DNA from: a virus
Lineage: Duplodnaviria > Heunggongvirae > Uroviricota > Caudoviricetes
Strand: one strand, 5' to 3'
Virus record (IMG/VR): IMGVR_UViG_3300021399_000001
Location: 5,905 to 69,904 of that record
DNA length: 64,000 nt
Both the position numbers and the translations under genes were made by a program. Below are positions 1 through 8,964 of this stretch, piece after piece. The notes beneath the pieces are model-generated. The model ran no database searches. It was not told the DNA's origin and saw only the letters and a program-made list of their open reading frames with translations. Numbering within the stretch: position 1 is the stretch's first letter; every line of letters starts with the position of its first letter.

Positions 1-517
1 TTTTTACATATGGTTCATGCTCTCCAGTTAATGGATTATCATGTGATAATTCATTATCTATTTTACCATAAACTTTTCTTTGTCCAACATCCCTTTCATA
101 TTCATAAATAAATATTTTTTTCTGTGGTGGGAAAATTGGAGTATGATTTAAATAAAAACCATTATTATCATCTAATTCAAAAGGGCCTTCCCTTACTGGA
201 ACAGCGAGAGAAATACCTTTTTGTTTTTCAGTCATATTTGCACTTAATAAAATCCCCATACTAATTGAGGACATAACTCCCTCTGTTAAAGAGAAAGTAA
301 CTTCTGAACGATCTTCCCAAATAACACGCGGCATATTGGACCAACCTCCGCGTGCCATTACAGGGGAATTTCGTTCAGAAAGCAATGAGATATTAACGTT
401 CTCAAAATAAAGAACGGGTTCTCCTTCCTCAAGGCGACGTGCGCCAAATTGCATAGGGACTTTAGCTTTTAATACGACCTCATAAAGTTCTTTTACACCA
501 AAATATTGATCTAACAT
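1..517 (-). CDS. Second tail-tube-like protein (paralog of 1076-2074), truncated by the window edge
   Basis: Not in the ORF track. ATG at 517 after AGGGAG. Manual translation MLDQYFGVKELYEVVLKA...EGEPVLYFENVNIS...ARGGWSNMPRVIWEDRSEVTFSLTEGVMS aligns with tail tube DKYGIKEVANVYFEA...KGDIVLFLDTLKVS...ATGGWGNPKLISWDYGKEITVTLEDALIS. Confidence 0.75.
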   Translation of the reverse strand, partial: MLDQYFGVKELYEVVLKAKVPMQFGARRLEEGEPVLYFENVNISLLSERNSPVMARGGWSNMPRVIWEDRSEVTFSLTEGVMSSISMGILLSANMTEKQKGISLAVPVREGPFELDDNNGFYLNHTPIFPPQKKIFIYEYERDVGQRKVYGKIDNELSHDNPLTGEHEPYVK

Positions 518-540
518 AACTAAATCTCCCTATAAAAATA

Positions 541-560
541 TAAGGGGCCGAAGCCCCTTA
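541..560 (-). terminator. Intrinsic terminator after tail tube and its extension
   Basis: TAAGGGGC-TTCG-GCCCCTTA on the minus strand followed by TATTTTT. Confidence 0.8.
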
Positions 561-601
561 TATTATGTATTTTTAAATTGAGTAGATTAAATGAAATAAT
601 T

Positions 602-1075
602 TTATTCAAGAATTTCAATTTGAATGTAATCTACCCATAAAACTGGGCGACCAGAAGTCCAAATAGTTAATTCAGTTACATTTTCAAGTGTAATATCTCT
701 TTCTGTCAAAGTAATAGGATTACTTGTTACAGTATCTATTTCACTAGCTTCTCCTAAATTATCAACTGTTATAGGCATATTAAGACGATTACTACCGTCT
801 CCAGTTTTATAATTATAATACAAACCGACACTAGGCGATGCGCTTGAACCAGCATACATTTTACCAATAGCATAGTTCATTTGTATGTTACTTGGTTGTT
901 CAAACTTTATAACATGAGAAACAGGATTCGTATCATCACTTAAAAGTGTTTCATTAATAACTATTGGAGAAGTTCTTGGAGCAGTATATTTATAATTAGT
1001 TAAATAATAACCATTATCATCTATACTCCATTTATCTGAATCGCCCATCCATTCTTCATTGAAATTCAGAGCTCT
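602..1075 (-). CDS. In-frame C-terminal extension of the tail tube (beta-rich domain), likely made by UGA readthrough
   Basis: ORF 602-1048 stays open up to the tail-tube TGA (1076-1078) in the same frame, 9 codons upstream of its ATG. No SD before ATG 1048. Confidence 0.6.
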   Translation of the reverse strand, partial: RALNFNEEWMGDSDKWSIDDNGYYLTNYKYTAPRTSPIVINETLLSDDTNPVSHVIKFEQPSNIQMNYAIGKMYAGSSASPSVGLYYNYKTGDGSNRLNMPITVDNLGEASEIDTVTSNPITLTERDITLENVTELTIWTSGRPVLWVDYIQIEILE

Positions 1076-2074
1076 TCAAGAACCAGAGACGATAGAACCC
1101 TTGTCGTCACCAGCATTAGTTTCATCAGCAGCGGCTCCGCCGTAACGGATTAGCTTCATCATTTCCTTATCGCCACGCTCATTATCAGAACGTAGAACAT
1201 TTAGAGTCATTTCAAAAGTAGAAGGATCGCCTTCAGCCTCTAGAGTAATAGTAACCTCAGACTGGACCTTGGCCTTACCAATTACGAACTGGAAGGCTTC
1301 ATCCTTACCAGTAGCCTGAGAACGCATGAAAGTATCGCCAACTACACGATATGTGCCTGGGAAAGTATCAGGAGAAATAGTTACTTCAACAGCACTATCG
1401 ACATTGTTTGTGTCATTATGTACTTCTTCCCAGAAAATACGAACATGATCTCCTTGAATTGGGTTAGCATCGCTAATGCCCATAGCGGTATTATTAAAAG
1501 TTAATACACAATTAGCAGACATTGCATTTACTGCACCAGATTCGCTAGAATATACAATCTGAGTACGACCACCGGCACAAGGACTTGGCTTACCATTGCT
1601 ATCAACACCGCCACCATAGTTAATAAAACGAATTGGATGGCCTGCAGTTGCAGTAGGAGTTAAAGTATTACCAGTAATATGGTCTACTGGTAATGGTAGT
1701 TTACCATCTGCTAACGCAACAACTTCTTCTGTACGACGAACGATAACACTTTCAACCTTTGAATTTTTAGTAGCACCGGCACGATGAATAGCACCACCAA
1801 GCATAAAACGTAAAGATTCAAGAGAAATTAAAGCATCTTCTAGAGTTACAGTAATCTCCTTACCATAGTCCCAAGAAATTAGCTTAGGATTGCCCCAACC
1901 ACCAGTAGCATCGGTAGTCTCAGCAGTTGTTTCAATAGTAGAAACCTTTAGGGTATCTAGGAATAGAACGATGTCACCCTTATAAACATTAGACTTAGGA
2001 TCGTCCTCTAGGGCCTCAAAATAAACATTGGCAACTTCCTTAATACCATACTTATCAAAAATATTAACAGCCAT
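1076..2074 (-). CDS. Major tail (tube) protein
   Basis: 332 aa, strong AGGAGG RBS, GGWGNPKLISWD and LEAEGDPSTFEMTLNVL segments typical of siphovirus tube proteins, located after the neck genes. Confidence 0.75.
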   Translation of the reverse strand: MAVNIFDKYGIKEVANVYFEALEDDPKSNVYKGDIVLFLDTLKVSTIETTAETTDATGGWGNPKLISWDYGKEITVTLEDALISLESLRFMLGGAIHRAGATKNSKVESVIVRRTEEVVALADGKLPLPVDHITGNTLTPTATAGHPIRFINYGGGVDSNGKPSPCAGGRTQIVYSSESGAVNAMSANCVLTFNNTAMGISDANPIQGDHVRIFWEEVHNDTNNVDSAVEVTISPDTFPGTYRVVGDTFMRSQATGKDEAFQFVIGKAKVQSEVTITLEAEGDPSTFEMTLNVLRSDNERGDKEMMKLIRYGGAAADETNAGDDKGSIVSGS

Positions 2075-2093
2075 GTGAGTTACCTCCTATAAA

Positions 2094-2873
2094 TCATGAT
2101 TTATCAGAACTCGCAATGGAACGCATCCAATGCTTTAGTTGTGATTTTTTTAATTTTGCGCCAGCTAATGCGGCTTGATTGTTTATATTAAACTGATCAC
2201 GCCATCCCATTCTTTTTAGCTGGTCGTGAAAAGCGTAATATGTAATGTTCCAAATATTTTCCATATTTAATCCGCAATTATCTATTGTGATACTGCCAAT
2301 AAGGTCGGAGAATTTTAAATCTGAACCTTCCTGCGCAGCTTTCTTAGCTTTTGCTTTACGAACTTTTTCTCTGTTCCTTCGCATTTGTTCTTTAAGCCGA
2401 CGTGTCGCAGGCGGATCATCTGGCAAAATGATTATTTCTTCTCCTTCTTGTTCTATGAAATACATACGTTTTAGCACACGCTGAAAATCATAAAACTTTT
2501 CCTCTGTTAATAAGTGTTTTTCTTCTACAGGTCCTATAATGATTTGCGCGGGATCTAAAGAAAAAATAACATTTTCATGAGTAAAAAAACGAAAAGCGCT
2601 TTTTAACGTTTGATTAATTTCTTCATCAATCATAGTCATCATAAGTAAATATTGAAAGTCTGTGAGTTGCTCTATTAATTCTTTAAACTCATTATCTTTA
2701 CTTTTACTTACATCAGGTTTTTCGCTTATTAAAATACTCAAATATTTTTGAAAATTAGAATAACCCTCATCAACAATTTCACCCATTTTCGCGGGATAAA
2801 TCGCGCAAATATCATCTAAAAAAACTGGTGTACCACGTTGAAATTTTAAAATCTCGTCATCAGTTAAATTCAT
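2094..2873 (-). CDS. Virion morphogenesis protein (SPbeta YomV-like position)
   Basis: 259 aa between putative tail terminator and tail tube; synteny only. Confidence 0.45.
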   Translation of the reverse strand: MNLTDDEILKFQRGTPVFLDDICAIYPAKMGEIVDEGYSNFQKYLSILISEKPDVSKSKDNEFKELIEQLTDFQYLLMMTMIDEEINQTLKSAFRFFTHENVIFSLDPAQIIIGPVEEKHLLTEEKFYDFQRVLKRMYFIEQEGEEIIILPDDPPATRRLKEQMRRNREKVRKAKAKKAAQEGSDLKFSDLIGSITIDNCGLNMENIWNITYYAFHDQLKRMGWRDQFNINNQAALAGAKLKKSQLKHWMRSIASSDKS

Positions 2874-3381
2874 TGATTTTATACCTCATAGAATATCCTC
2901 CAATCCAAGGAGAAAGAGTAAGATTATCTGCACGATAAAATTGTAAATTACCAATGCCGGATAATTCTTTTCCATTAAACATCATATCAATTTCTTGCAT
3001 AATTAAATATGGACGTAAAGATTGCTCATTTAATATCCACTCATCATAAGGACAAGCAATATCAAAGCGAACAGTGGAATATTTAAATTCAGAATTTAAT
3101 TGATTTACAGTAAAATCATCAAATACAGAAACAATATACGACATTTTTTCAGTACTATCATCAAATACTTTTGGAACTATGAGTATTTGCTTATGTATTA
3201 AATCTACTCCGTCTATGTCAGGTTGTTCCTTGCCAGTTACTGGATCAATTTTATTGAATGGATCTTTTGTCTGATATTTTAAGAGCCGACAAATTCTTTG
3301 ATTTTTCATAAGACGATTCGCAATTTTAAATGTGTTATCACCCATTACTGCAAAGCGTCTTTGTGTATTATTTAAATCCAT
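2860..3381 (-). CDS. Putative tail terminator/neck protein
   Basis: 173 aa; position and size in the neck block. Confidence 0.45.
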   Translation of the reverse strand: MDLNNTQRRFAVMGDNTFKIANRLMKNQRICRLLKYQTKDPFNKIDPVTGKEQPDIDGVDLIHKQILIVPKVFDDSTEKMSYIVSVFDDFTVNQLNSEFKYSTVRFDIACPYDEWILNEQSLRPYLIMQEIDMMFNGKELSGIGNLQFYRADNLTLSPWIGGYSMRYKINEFN

Positions 3382-3390
3382 TCAAATCAC

Positions 3391-4596
3391 CTACCATAAT
3401 GGAATAATTTTTATTTCTTTAGTAAATTCTTGCTGGTTGTATAAAGCAGTTAAAATAACAGAACCTAGTTTGTTTTTTGCATTAGCATGTATAGTACATG
3501 TATTATTATCAGACGATACAATTACTCCATAAGATTTATCACTAATAGAAAATTCTACATTTGCAGTAATTGAAGAAGTACCATTTAATACATAATTCGC
3601 CTCTCTATCAAGACGAATAGAATCTGGTCCTTCAATATATCCACTAAATTCTTGAATTTCTTCTTCCTCACCAACAGTAACAGAAATTTGCTGATAAATT
3701 TCTGGATAGTCTTTTAAAGTAGCAATAATTGTGACTGTTCCTTTGCCAACCGCTATTAATTCTCCATCAATATTACGCACAATTTTTTTATCCGTAGTAG
3801 ATAATTCAATTGCCGCATCATAAGGTTTACCATTTTTAGTTAATGTAAAAATAGGCTTTATATGATCTCCTAGATGGAATATTTGAGTTAATGGTGGCAT
3901 ATCTAAATTATATTTAGCCAATTTATCAGTATCAGCAATATTATTTTCAACGTCATCATAAATAGAATTTATTTTACCTTCTGTTAAAGAAAGATAAATA
4001 ACGCCAGGAACACTTGTATGGTCATATTCAACAACCGTCCAGGATTCTTCTTCAATAATAAAGTTTGTTGCTCTATCTATAGGATAACGAGGCATAAGTA
4101 ATTCAGCATATTTATTTGGTTGCGGTGTAATTAAATTATTCCAAGTTCTAAAATTACCTTTTATTTTGCTATCTAATGAACTTACAAAATATGCCCAAGA
4201 TTGCTGTAAATGCCCTTGCGCATCAATCCATTTCATTAAATAATTACACTTTACAATCCAAAAACTTCTAAAAGTGCCATTGACTTTCTTTTCTTCTTGA
4301 ATGAGTATCCATTTTTCAATAGAACCATCATCAAGCGTCCAATTCATAATATCTCCAATTAAAAGAGGAATATCATTGGCAACTTCAAGAAACATAATTT
4401 TTTCATATTCCTTATCCTTACTAGTAAGAATAATTCCGTCAAAATAAATTCCACGCTCTACAGATAAATTTCTTATAGTATGCGGAGATTCTGCTAACCA
4501 TTTATTAAAAGAACGAATACCACTATTCCTAATACGTTCAGCAGTAGTTTCTCCCATATGATTTATGCGGGAAAAATATACATCCAAATAATTCAT
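3391..4596 (-). CDS. Putative head-closure/neck protein with C-terminal Ig-like domains
   Basis: 401 aa; C-terminal STTDKKIV..IDGELIAVGKGTVTIIAT resembles a bacterial Ig-like (Big_2) domain; synteny. Confidence 0.5.
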   Translation of the reverse strand: MNYLDVYFSRINHMGETTAERIRNSGIRSFNKWLAESPHTIRNLSVERGIYFDGIILTSKDKEYEKIMFLEVANDIPLLIGDIMNWTLDDGSIEKWILIQEEKKVNGTFRSFWIVKCNYLMKWIDAQGHLQQSWAYFVSSLDSKIKGNFRTWNNLITPQPNKYAELLMPRYPIDRATNFIIEEESWTVVEYDHTSVPGVIYLSLTEGKINSIYDDVENNIADTDKLAKYNLDMPPLTQIFHLGDHIKPIFTLTKNGKPYDAAIELSTTDKKIVRNIDGELIAVGKGTVTIIATLKDYPEIYQQISVTVGEEEEIQEFSGYIEGPDSIRLDREANYVLNGTSSITANVEFSISDKSYGVIVSSDNNTCTIHANAKNKLGSVILTALYNQQEFTKEIKIIPLW

Positions 4597-4865
4597 TCAC
4601 TATCTCTCAATTCAAGTGCGCCAACCAAATTCATACATTCGAATATTGTTTTTCTAAAATACTCATATGATAAATGACGCAAAGAATTTAGCTTGCCAAG
4701 TAAGGGCCAATAATTTATACAAGTTGGCCCTAGTCCTTCAAGCTCTATAATAATAGAATCTAAAAATTTTTCCCATTCGCCATTTTTTTCTTTTTCACAA
4801 AGCACACCATATAAACGGCCTTTTAATTTATTTTTGTAGCCGTCAAAAGTAACGTCATAAGGCAT
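4593..4865 (-). CDS. Hypothetical neck-region protein
   Basis: 90 aa ORF overlapping both neighbours in the operon. Confidence 0.55.
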   Translation of the reverse strand: MPYDVTFDGYKNKLKGRLYGVLCEKEKNGEWEKFLDSIIIELEGLGPTCINYWPLLGKLNSLRHLSYEYFRKTIFECMNLVGALELRDSE

Positions 4866-5343
4866 TTTTCTTACCCGCTAATTTTTTAAATAATATAGCT
4901 GGACGCTTTTCGCGCGAACGGTCATAAATACCTTCCGCACGCCGCACGTCATTTGCGATGGAGGCTTCCAACTTATTTAATTTATCCAAATGATTTGCTT
5001 GTGAAAAATCTTTATCTGCATAGAGCTGCCGTATATTCTCCCAACTTGCAATACAACGTTTTACCCATTCATGCTTCATATATAAAGCAAGTAATTGAAT
5101 TTCATCATTTGTTAAATCATCAACAAACTGATACATTTTCAATTCATGTGGATTATCGTTATCGCGAGGCTCAATTTCTTCTCTCTCCAGACTAACGCGC
5201 GGATACTTGAACCTAAAAATTGCGATATTAAGGAGTTCTTGCCAATCCCGCTCAACAATGGCGAGTTCTTCCTCAAGAGTCCATTCATCCGCGGTAATTC
5301 GTGCTAGAAAGGCATCATACACCTTGAGAAAGGGCGTTGCCAT
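4855..5343 (-). CDS. Putative head-tail adaptor
   Basis: 162 aa helical protein two genes after the capsid gene; synteny. Confidence 0.5.
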   Translation of the reverse strand: MATPFLKVYDAFLARITADEWTLEEELAIVERDWQELLNIAIFRFKYPRVSLEREEIEPRDNDNPHELKMYQFVDDLTNDEIQLLALYMKHEWVKRCIASWENIRQLYADKDFSQANHLDKLNKLEASIANDVRRAEGIYDRSREKRPAILFKKLAGKKNAL

Positions 5344-5346
5344 AAG

Positions 5347-5796
5347 TTACTTCTCTTCGGCTTGATGCTTTACAGAAATAGCCTGAATGACATCTACGCC
5401 GCAATAAGTTTTAATAAGAGCGGTAAAAGCATTATCAGTGATATTATTATCTACTACATACTGTACAATTGTATCTTTTGCAGCGGAAGGCGCGATCTTA
5501 ATGTACTTTGCAAAAGCAGTAATATCCTTATCATTAATCATCTTAATAATTTCATCCTTATCCTTCACATTGGTAGGAGTTTCAATAACTGCTCTATCCT
5601 CTTGGACGCCATCAATTTTAATATATCCGCCATGAATCATATTTTGAATGCCAGGCTCATACATTAGATCTTCATACTCATTTGGAGTAAGAGTAATAAC
5701 ACGTCCGGGCGCAAGACTGCGCGAATGCATAGTACCATTCGTAGAACCAATAACAACAGTAGCAGAACTAATATTCTTTAAAGTAATTTTTGCCAT
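5347..5796 (-). CDS. Hypothetical virion-associated protein
   Basis: 149 aa, AAGGAGG RBS, directly after the capsid terminator. Confidence 0.6.
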   Translation of the reverse strand: MAKITLKNISSATVVIGSTNGTMHSRSLAPGRVITLTPNEYEDLMYEPGIQNMIHGGYIKIDGVQEDRAVIETPTNVKDKDEIIKMINDKDITAFAKYIKIAPSAAKDTIVQYVVDNNITDNAFTALIKTYCGVDVIQAISVKHQAEEK

Positions 5797-5825
5797 AATA
5801 ATTTCCTCCTTTAACTCAAAAACAA

Positions 5826-5858
5826 AATGGGGCGGGCGAGATTCTCACCCACCCCATT
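5826..5858 (-). terminator. Intrinsic terminator after major capsid gene
   Basis: ATGGGGTGGGTGAG-AAT-CTCGCCCGCCCCAT followed by TTTGTTTT on the minus strand. Confidence 0.8.
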
Positions 5859-5879
5859 GAAGTGATTTATTTATATTAA

Positions 5880-6986
5880 TTAGCCATTTGGATGTGCCTG
5901 ACGATATGTGCTAGCAATATCAGCATCTAGATTATCATTGTAATCCTTCCAGCCATCAGCTTCGATACCAGCATTGTAATAAATACCCCAATAATTAGGA
6001 GTACCAAGCATACCGATACCAACCTTTAGATAGCCCTGTAGAACGATAGAATTGTCGCCCTCATGGTCATCCCACTCACGGAAATAAGGAGAGCCTTCAA
6101 AGCCTAGCTTGATTAGCTTTTCCTTACCAGCAGGAATTACATAAGCGAAGGAAGGATTCATAACTAGCTTCTCATTCTTTTCATCAGTATAAGACTGTGG
6201 CATTACAACCACTGGGAAACCACGGAAACGGCCAATGTAGCCACGCTCACGTACTTCCATCATATCCTGATCAGAAATCTTTGTAGTATTATTATAAACA
6301 ATAGCATTTACCATTTCAGCAGCAAACTCTGGAGTGCAGTAAATCACTGGAGAGCCATAAGCAGCTACTACATTGCAAAGCTTGACCATTGCGGCTGGAT
6401 CAAAAGAAGAAGCAATGACCTTATTCTTAGCTGGACGACCAGCTAGATTCCAAGAACTTAGTAGAGTTTCCTGAACCATTTCAAAGATACGATCAGTAAT
6501 ACCCTGCTGAATGACATCATAAATATCAGTCATGCTCTCAACGCCATCAAGATAGCGCTCGAAATCAACATAACCAGCTCCACCAATAGCCTGTGGATAT
6601 ACGTCAAAACGATCACGGTCTAGACGGAAGGTCTCATAGTTACCGGACTCTGTAGCACGAGTAACAAACTGGCGACCGCGCTGCTTACCGCGAGTTACAC
6701 GGAACTCTAAACGAGAACCCTGTGGTACACGAATAACTTCACAGAACATGTCTAGAGCCTTCTGAATATTCTGTGGTAGAACCTCTTCTAGGTTCTGTTC
6801 AAGTAGCTCAAATAGCTCGATCTTATTACGACGATACTTGGAGCGACTAAAACGGCCCTTTTCGTCGCAAAGTAACTTAACTAGCTCATCGTGTAGAGCA
6901 GCTTCATAGTCATAATTTTCGGCAGCGAACTCGGCTGGAACCTTGCGGCCGAAAACACCATTCATTAGAATCTGTAGATTATTCAT
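5880..6986 (-). CDS. Major capsid protein (HK97-type)
   Basis: About 368 aa from ATG 6986 (AGGAGG RBS); highly biased codons (CTA, GAG); follows protease and decoration genes; followed by a terminator. Confidence 0.8.
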   Translation of the reverse strand: MNNLQILMNGVFGRKVPAEFAAENYDYEAALHDELVKLLCDEKGRFSRSKYRRNKIELFELLEQNLEEVLPQNIQKALDMFCEVIRVPQGSRLEFRVTRGKQRGRQFVTRATESGNYETFRLDRDRFDVYPQAIGGAGYVDFERYLDGVESMTDIYDVIQQGITDRIFEMVQETLLSSWNLAGRPAKNKVIASSFDPAAMVKLCNVVAAYGSPVIYCTPEFAAEMVNAIVYNNTTKISDQDMMEVRERGYIGRFRGFPVVVMPQSYTDEKNEKLVMNPSFAYVIPAGKEKLIKLGFEGSPYFREWDDHEGDNSIVLQGYLKVGIGMLGTPNYWGIYYNAGIEADGWKDYNDNLDADIASTYRQAHPNG

Positions 6987-7001
6987 AGTTCGCACCTCCT
7001 A

Positions 7002-7652
7002 TTATAGACTAATAATCTGATACTTAACGCCGGGCTCGCCGTTAGGTACAGTATAGAACTTAGCAACTTTTGCATAAATGCCAGAATTTGGCTTAGTTTT
7101 GGTTAGTACAGGAACAGCTTTAGAAGTAGTAGTACCATCAGCAGCTACACCGGGAACTACATATACAGGTGTAATGTCAATTGCCTTTAGAGCATCGAAT
7201 AGAGCTTCTTCAGCAGTCTTCTGATTTTCACCAGTAGTAACAGCTTTAAATTCAGTATCATCATACTGTAGGCAGTTAGTAGTTACAGTATCACCGATGC
7301 CTAGTAGACCTACACGAGGATAGTCACCAGCAATCTTGCGACCAAAGGTCTGTAGACCATAATGGAAAATATCATATTCCTTTTCAGTAGTATAAACAAT
7401 ACCAATAGGCTTATCAGTAGCAGCAACAGGAGACTTAATGGCCCCAGCAGCCTTGTCAGCTACAACCCACATACCATTCTCACAAGGAGCGTCTAGAGTG
7501 AACTCGTCACCTAGTGGGGTCTGTGAAACTACCATACCAGTTTTTGGGAAAGCTACCTGGTTTAGCTCTAGAGTAGCATATAGCTTCTCGCCAGGGCGAT
7601 ACTTGCTAGAATAGCTATTGGCACTTGTTAGTGGAAATCTCTTCATAGCCAT
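7002..7652 (-). CDS. Head decoration/cement protein
   Basis: 216 aa between scaffold and capsid genes, same high-expression codon bias as the capsid gene. Confidence 0.55.
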   Translation of the reverse strand: MAMKRFPLTSANSYSSKYRPGEKLYATLELNQVAFPKTGMVVSQTPLGDEFTLDAPCENGMWVVADKAAGAIKSPVAATDKPIGIVYTTEKEYDIFHYGLQTFGRKIAGDYPRVGLLGIGDTVTTNCLQYDDTEFKAVTTGENQKTAEEALFDALKAIDITPVYVVPGVAADGTTTSKAVPVLTKTKPNSGIYAKVAKFYTVPNGEPGVKYQIISL

Positions 7653-7666
7653 AATAATTTCCCTCC

Positions 7667-8293
7667 TTAATTTTTACGATAATTTTTCATAAGTTGAGCG
7701 AATTGATTTTCTTTAGGATCTGGTAGTGGCACTTTCATTTCTTTTTCTTCACTGCCAGCGATCTTTGCATTAGCAAAAGTAATTGCTAATTTAGATTCCA
7801 ATTCATCATAAGAAAGGTCATTGACCGCTTCTTTAATTGGGCTAATTTCTTCTTCACTCATTATTTTTTCATATTTTTCTACTAATCCATTTTTACGATT
7901 GTTCTCGGCTTCTACGGCCTGAGCTTGATAAGATTGTAGAGAAGTTTGTAATTGCTCGTTTTGAGCGCGTAAATTTTCAATTTCTGAATTTGCATTTGTT
8001 TGGAACTGTTCAAGCTCGGTGATGCGAGTTTGGGCGTTCTCATAATTTGATTGTAATTCGTTGTAGGAATTTTGTAGTTCGTTGAATTGTTGCTGTAGGG
8101 CTTCAAATTCAGAAGGTTCTTCTGTTTCTGGCTCTTCAACAGCTTCATCCTCAGTTTCAGTAGATTCTGTTGTTTCTTCAGTTTCAACAGTTTCTTCAGC
8201 CTGAAATGAATCGGGAGTTTCTTCCACTTGAGGATTCTCAACTTGAGTCTCTTCAACCTGTTCTACAGTTTCCTGGTTTTCAAACTCATTCAT
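7667..8293 (-). CDS. Nested in-frame scaffold protein
   Basis: Internal GGAGGAG 8 nt before in-frame ATG 8293 (MNEFENQ...), at the start of the acidic coiled-coil. Confidence 0.55.
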   Translation of the reverse strand: MNEFENQETVEQVEETQVENPQVEETPDSFQAEETVETEETTESTETEDEAVEEPETEEPSEFEALQQQFNELQNSYNELQSNYENAQTRITELEQFQTNANSEIENLRAQNEQLQTSLQSYQAQAVEAENNRKNGLVEKYEKIMSEEEISPIKEAVNDLSYDELESKLAITFANAKIAGSEEKEMKVPLPDPKENQFAQLMKNYRKN

Positions 8294-8959
8294 TGGTTGT
8301 TCTCCTCCTTCATTATTTTTTTCAGCCTCTTCAACTTGTGCTTTGAGGTCAAACAGAAGTGAAGAGAACTTCTCTTGTTGAGATGTATATGCGTCATCAT
8401 TCTTAGCAAAGAATGAAGATACAGAAAAACAAGGTTCATGTTCACCAATAATACAAAAGCCTAGCATACTTGCTTTAGTATATACAAAATATTCAACATT
8501 ATCAATACGTGTCCAAGCCCCATCAATAGAATCAGGGTCTAGTTCCATACTTTGATTCTGTCCAAATACTTTATTTGCTTCTTCAAAATAATTGGTGAAG
8601 AGAATAATTGAGAATACAGCATATTCTCTAATAACGCCGTCTGTGTCTTCAAACGGTTCCCATCCTAAAAAACTTTCTACATAACCATAAGCATTCGCTA
8701 AAGTTGGACCACTATGAGAAGCCCAACTTTGCGTTTCCGGATCAAAGAATCCTACTACTGGAGTAGTGCCTTGTGTAGCAGAATTAATTAATTGTTCAGC
8801 TACCTTATCAGTAATGTATGAGCCATTGCGATTTCCATATTTAGTAAATACTCGCACTTTGAGGCGGCCCAAATTAGGATTTGACTCCGAAATTCTTTCG
8901 ATGGGAGAAGAGACTACAACGCTATCAAAATAAATAGGTATCTGTCTATCCATAGTCAT
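7667..8959 (-). CDS. Prohead protease-scaffold fusion
   Basis: 430 aa; N-terminal NRNGS/LGFCIIGEHEPCF protease-like region, acidic linker and coiled-coil C-terminus; between portal and capsid. Confidence 0.7.
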   Translation of the reverse strand: MTMDRQIPIYFDSVVVSSPIERISESNPNLGRLKVRVFTKYGNRNGSYITDKVAEQLINSATQGTTPVVGFFDPETQSWASHSGPTLANAYGYVESFLGWEPFEDTDGVIREYAVFSIILFTNYFEEANKVFGQNQSMELDPDSIDGAWTRIDNVEYFVYTKASMLGFCIIGEHEPCFSVSSFFAKNDDAYTSQQEKFSSLLFDLKAQVEEAEKNNEGGEQPMNEFENQETVEQVEETQVENPQVEETPDSFQAEETVETEETTESTETEDEAVEEPETEEPSEFEALQQQFNELQNSYNELQSNYENAQTRITELEQFQTNANSEIENLRAQNEQLQTSLQSYQAQAVEAENNRKNGLVEKYEKIMSEEEISPIKEAVNDLSYDELESKLAITFANAKIAGSEEKEMKVPLPDPKENQFAQLMKNYRKN

Positions 8960-8964
8960 TCTCC

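Noticed and set aside
1076-1078. Genome-wide TGA reassignment
   Set aside because: Other genes end at TGA with correctly placed terminators or downstream starts, and long genes are not interrupted.
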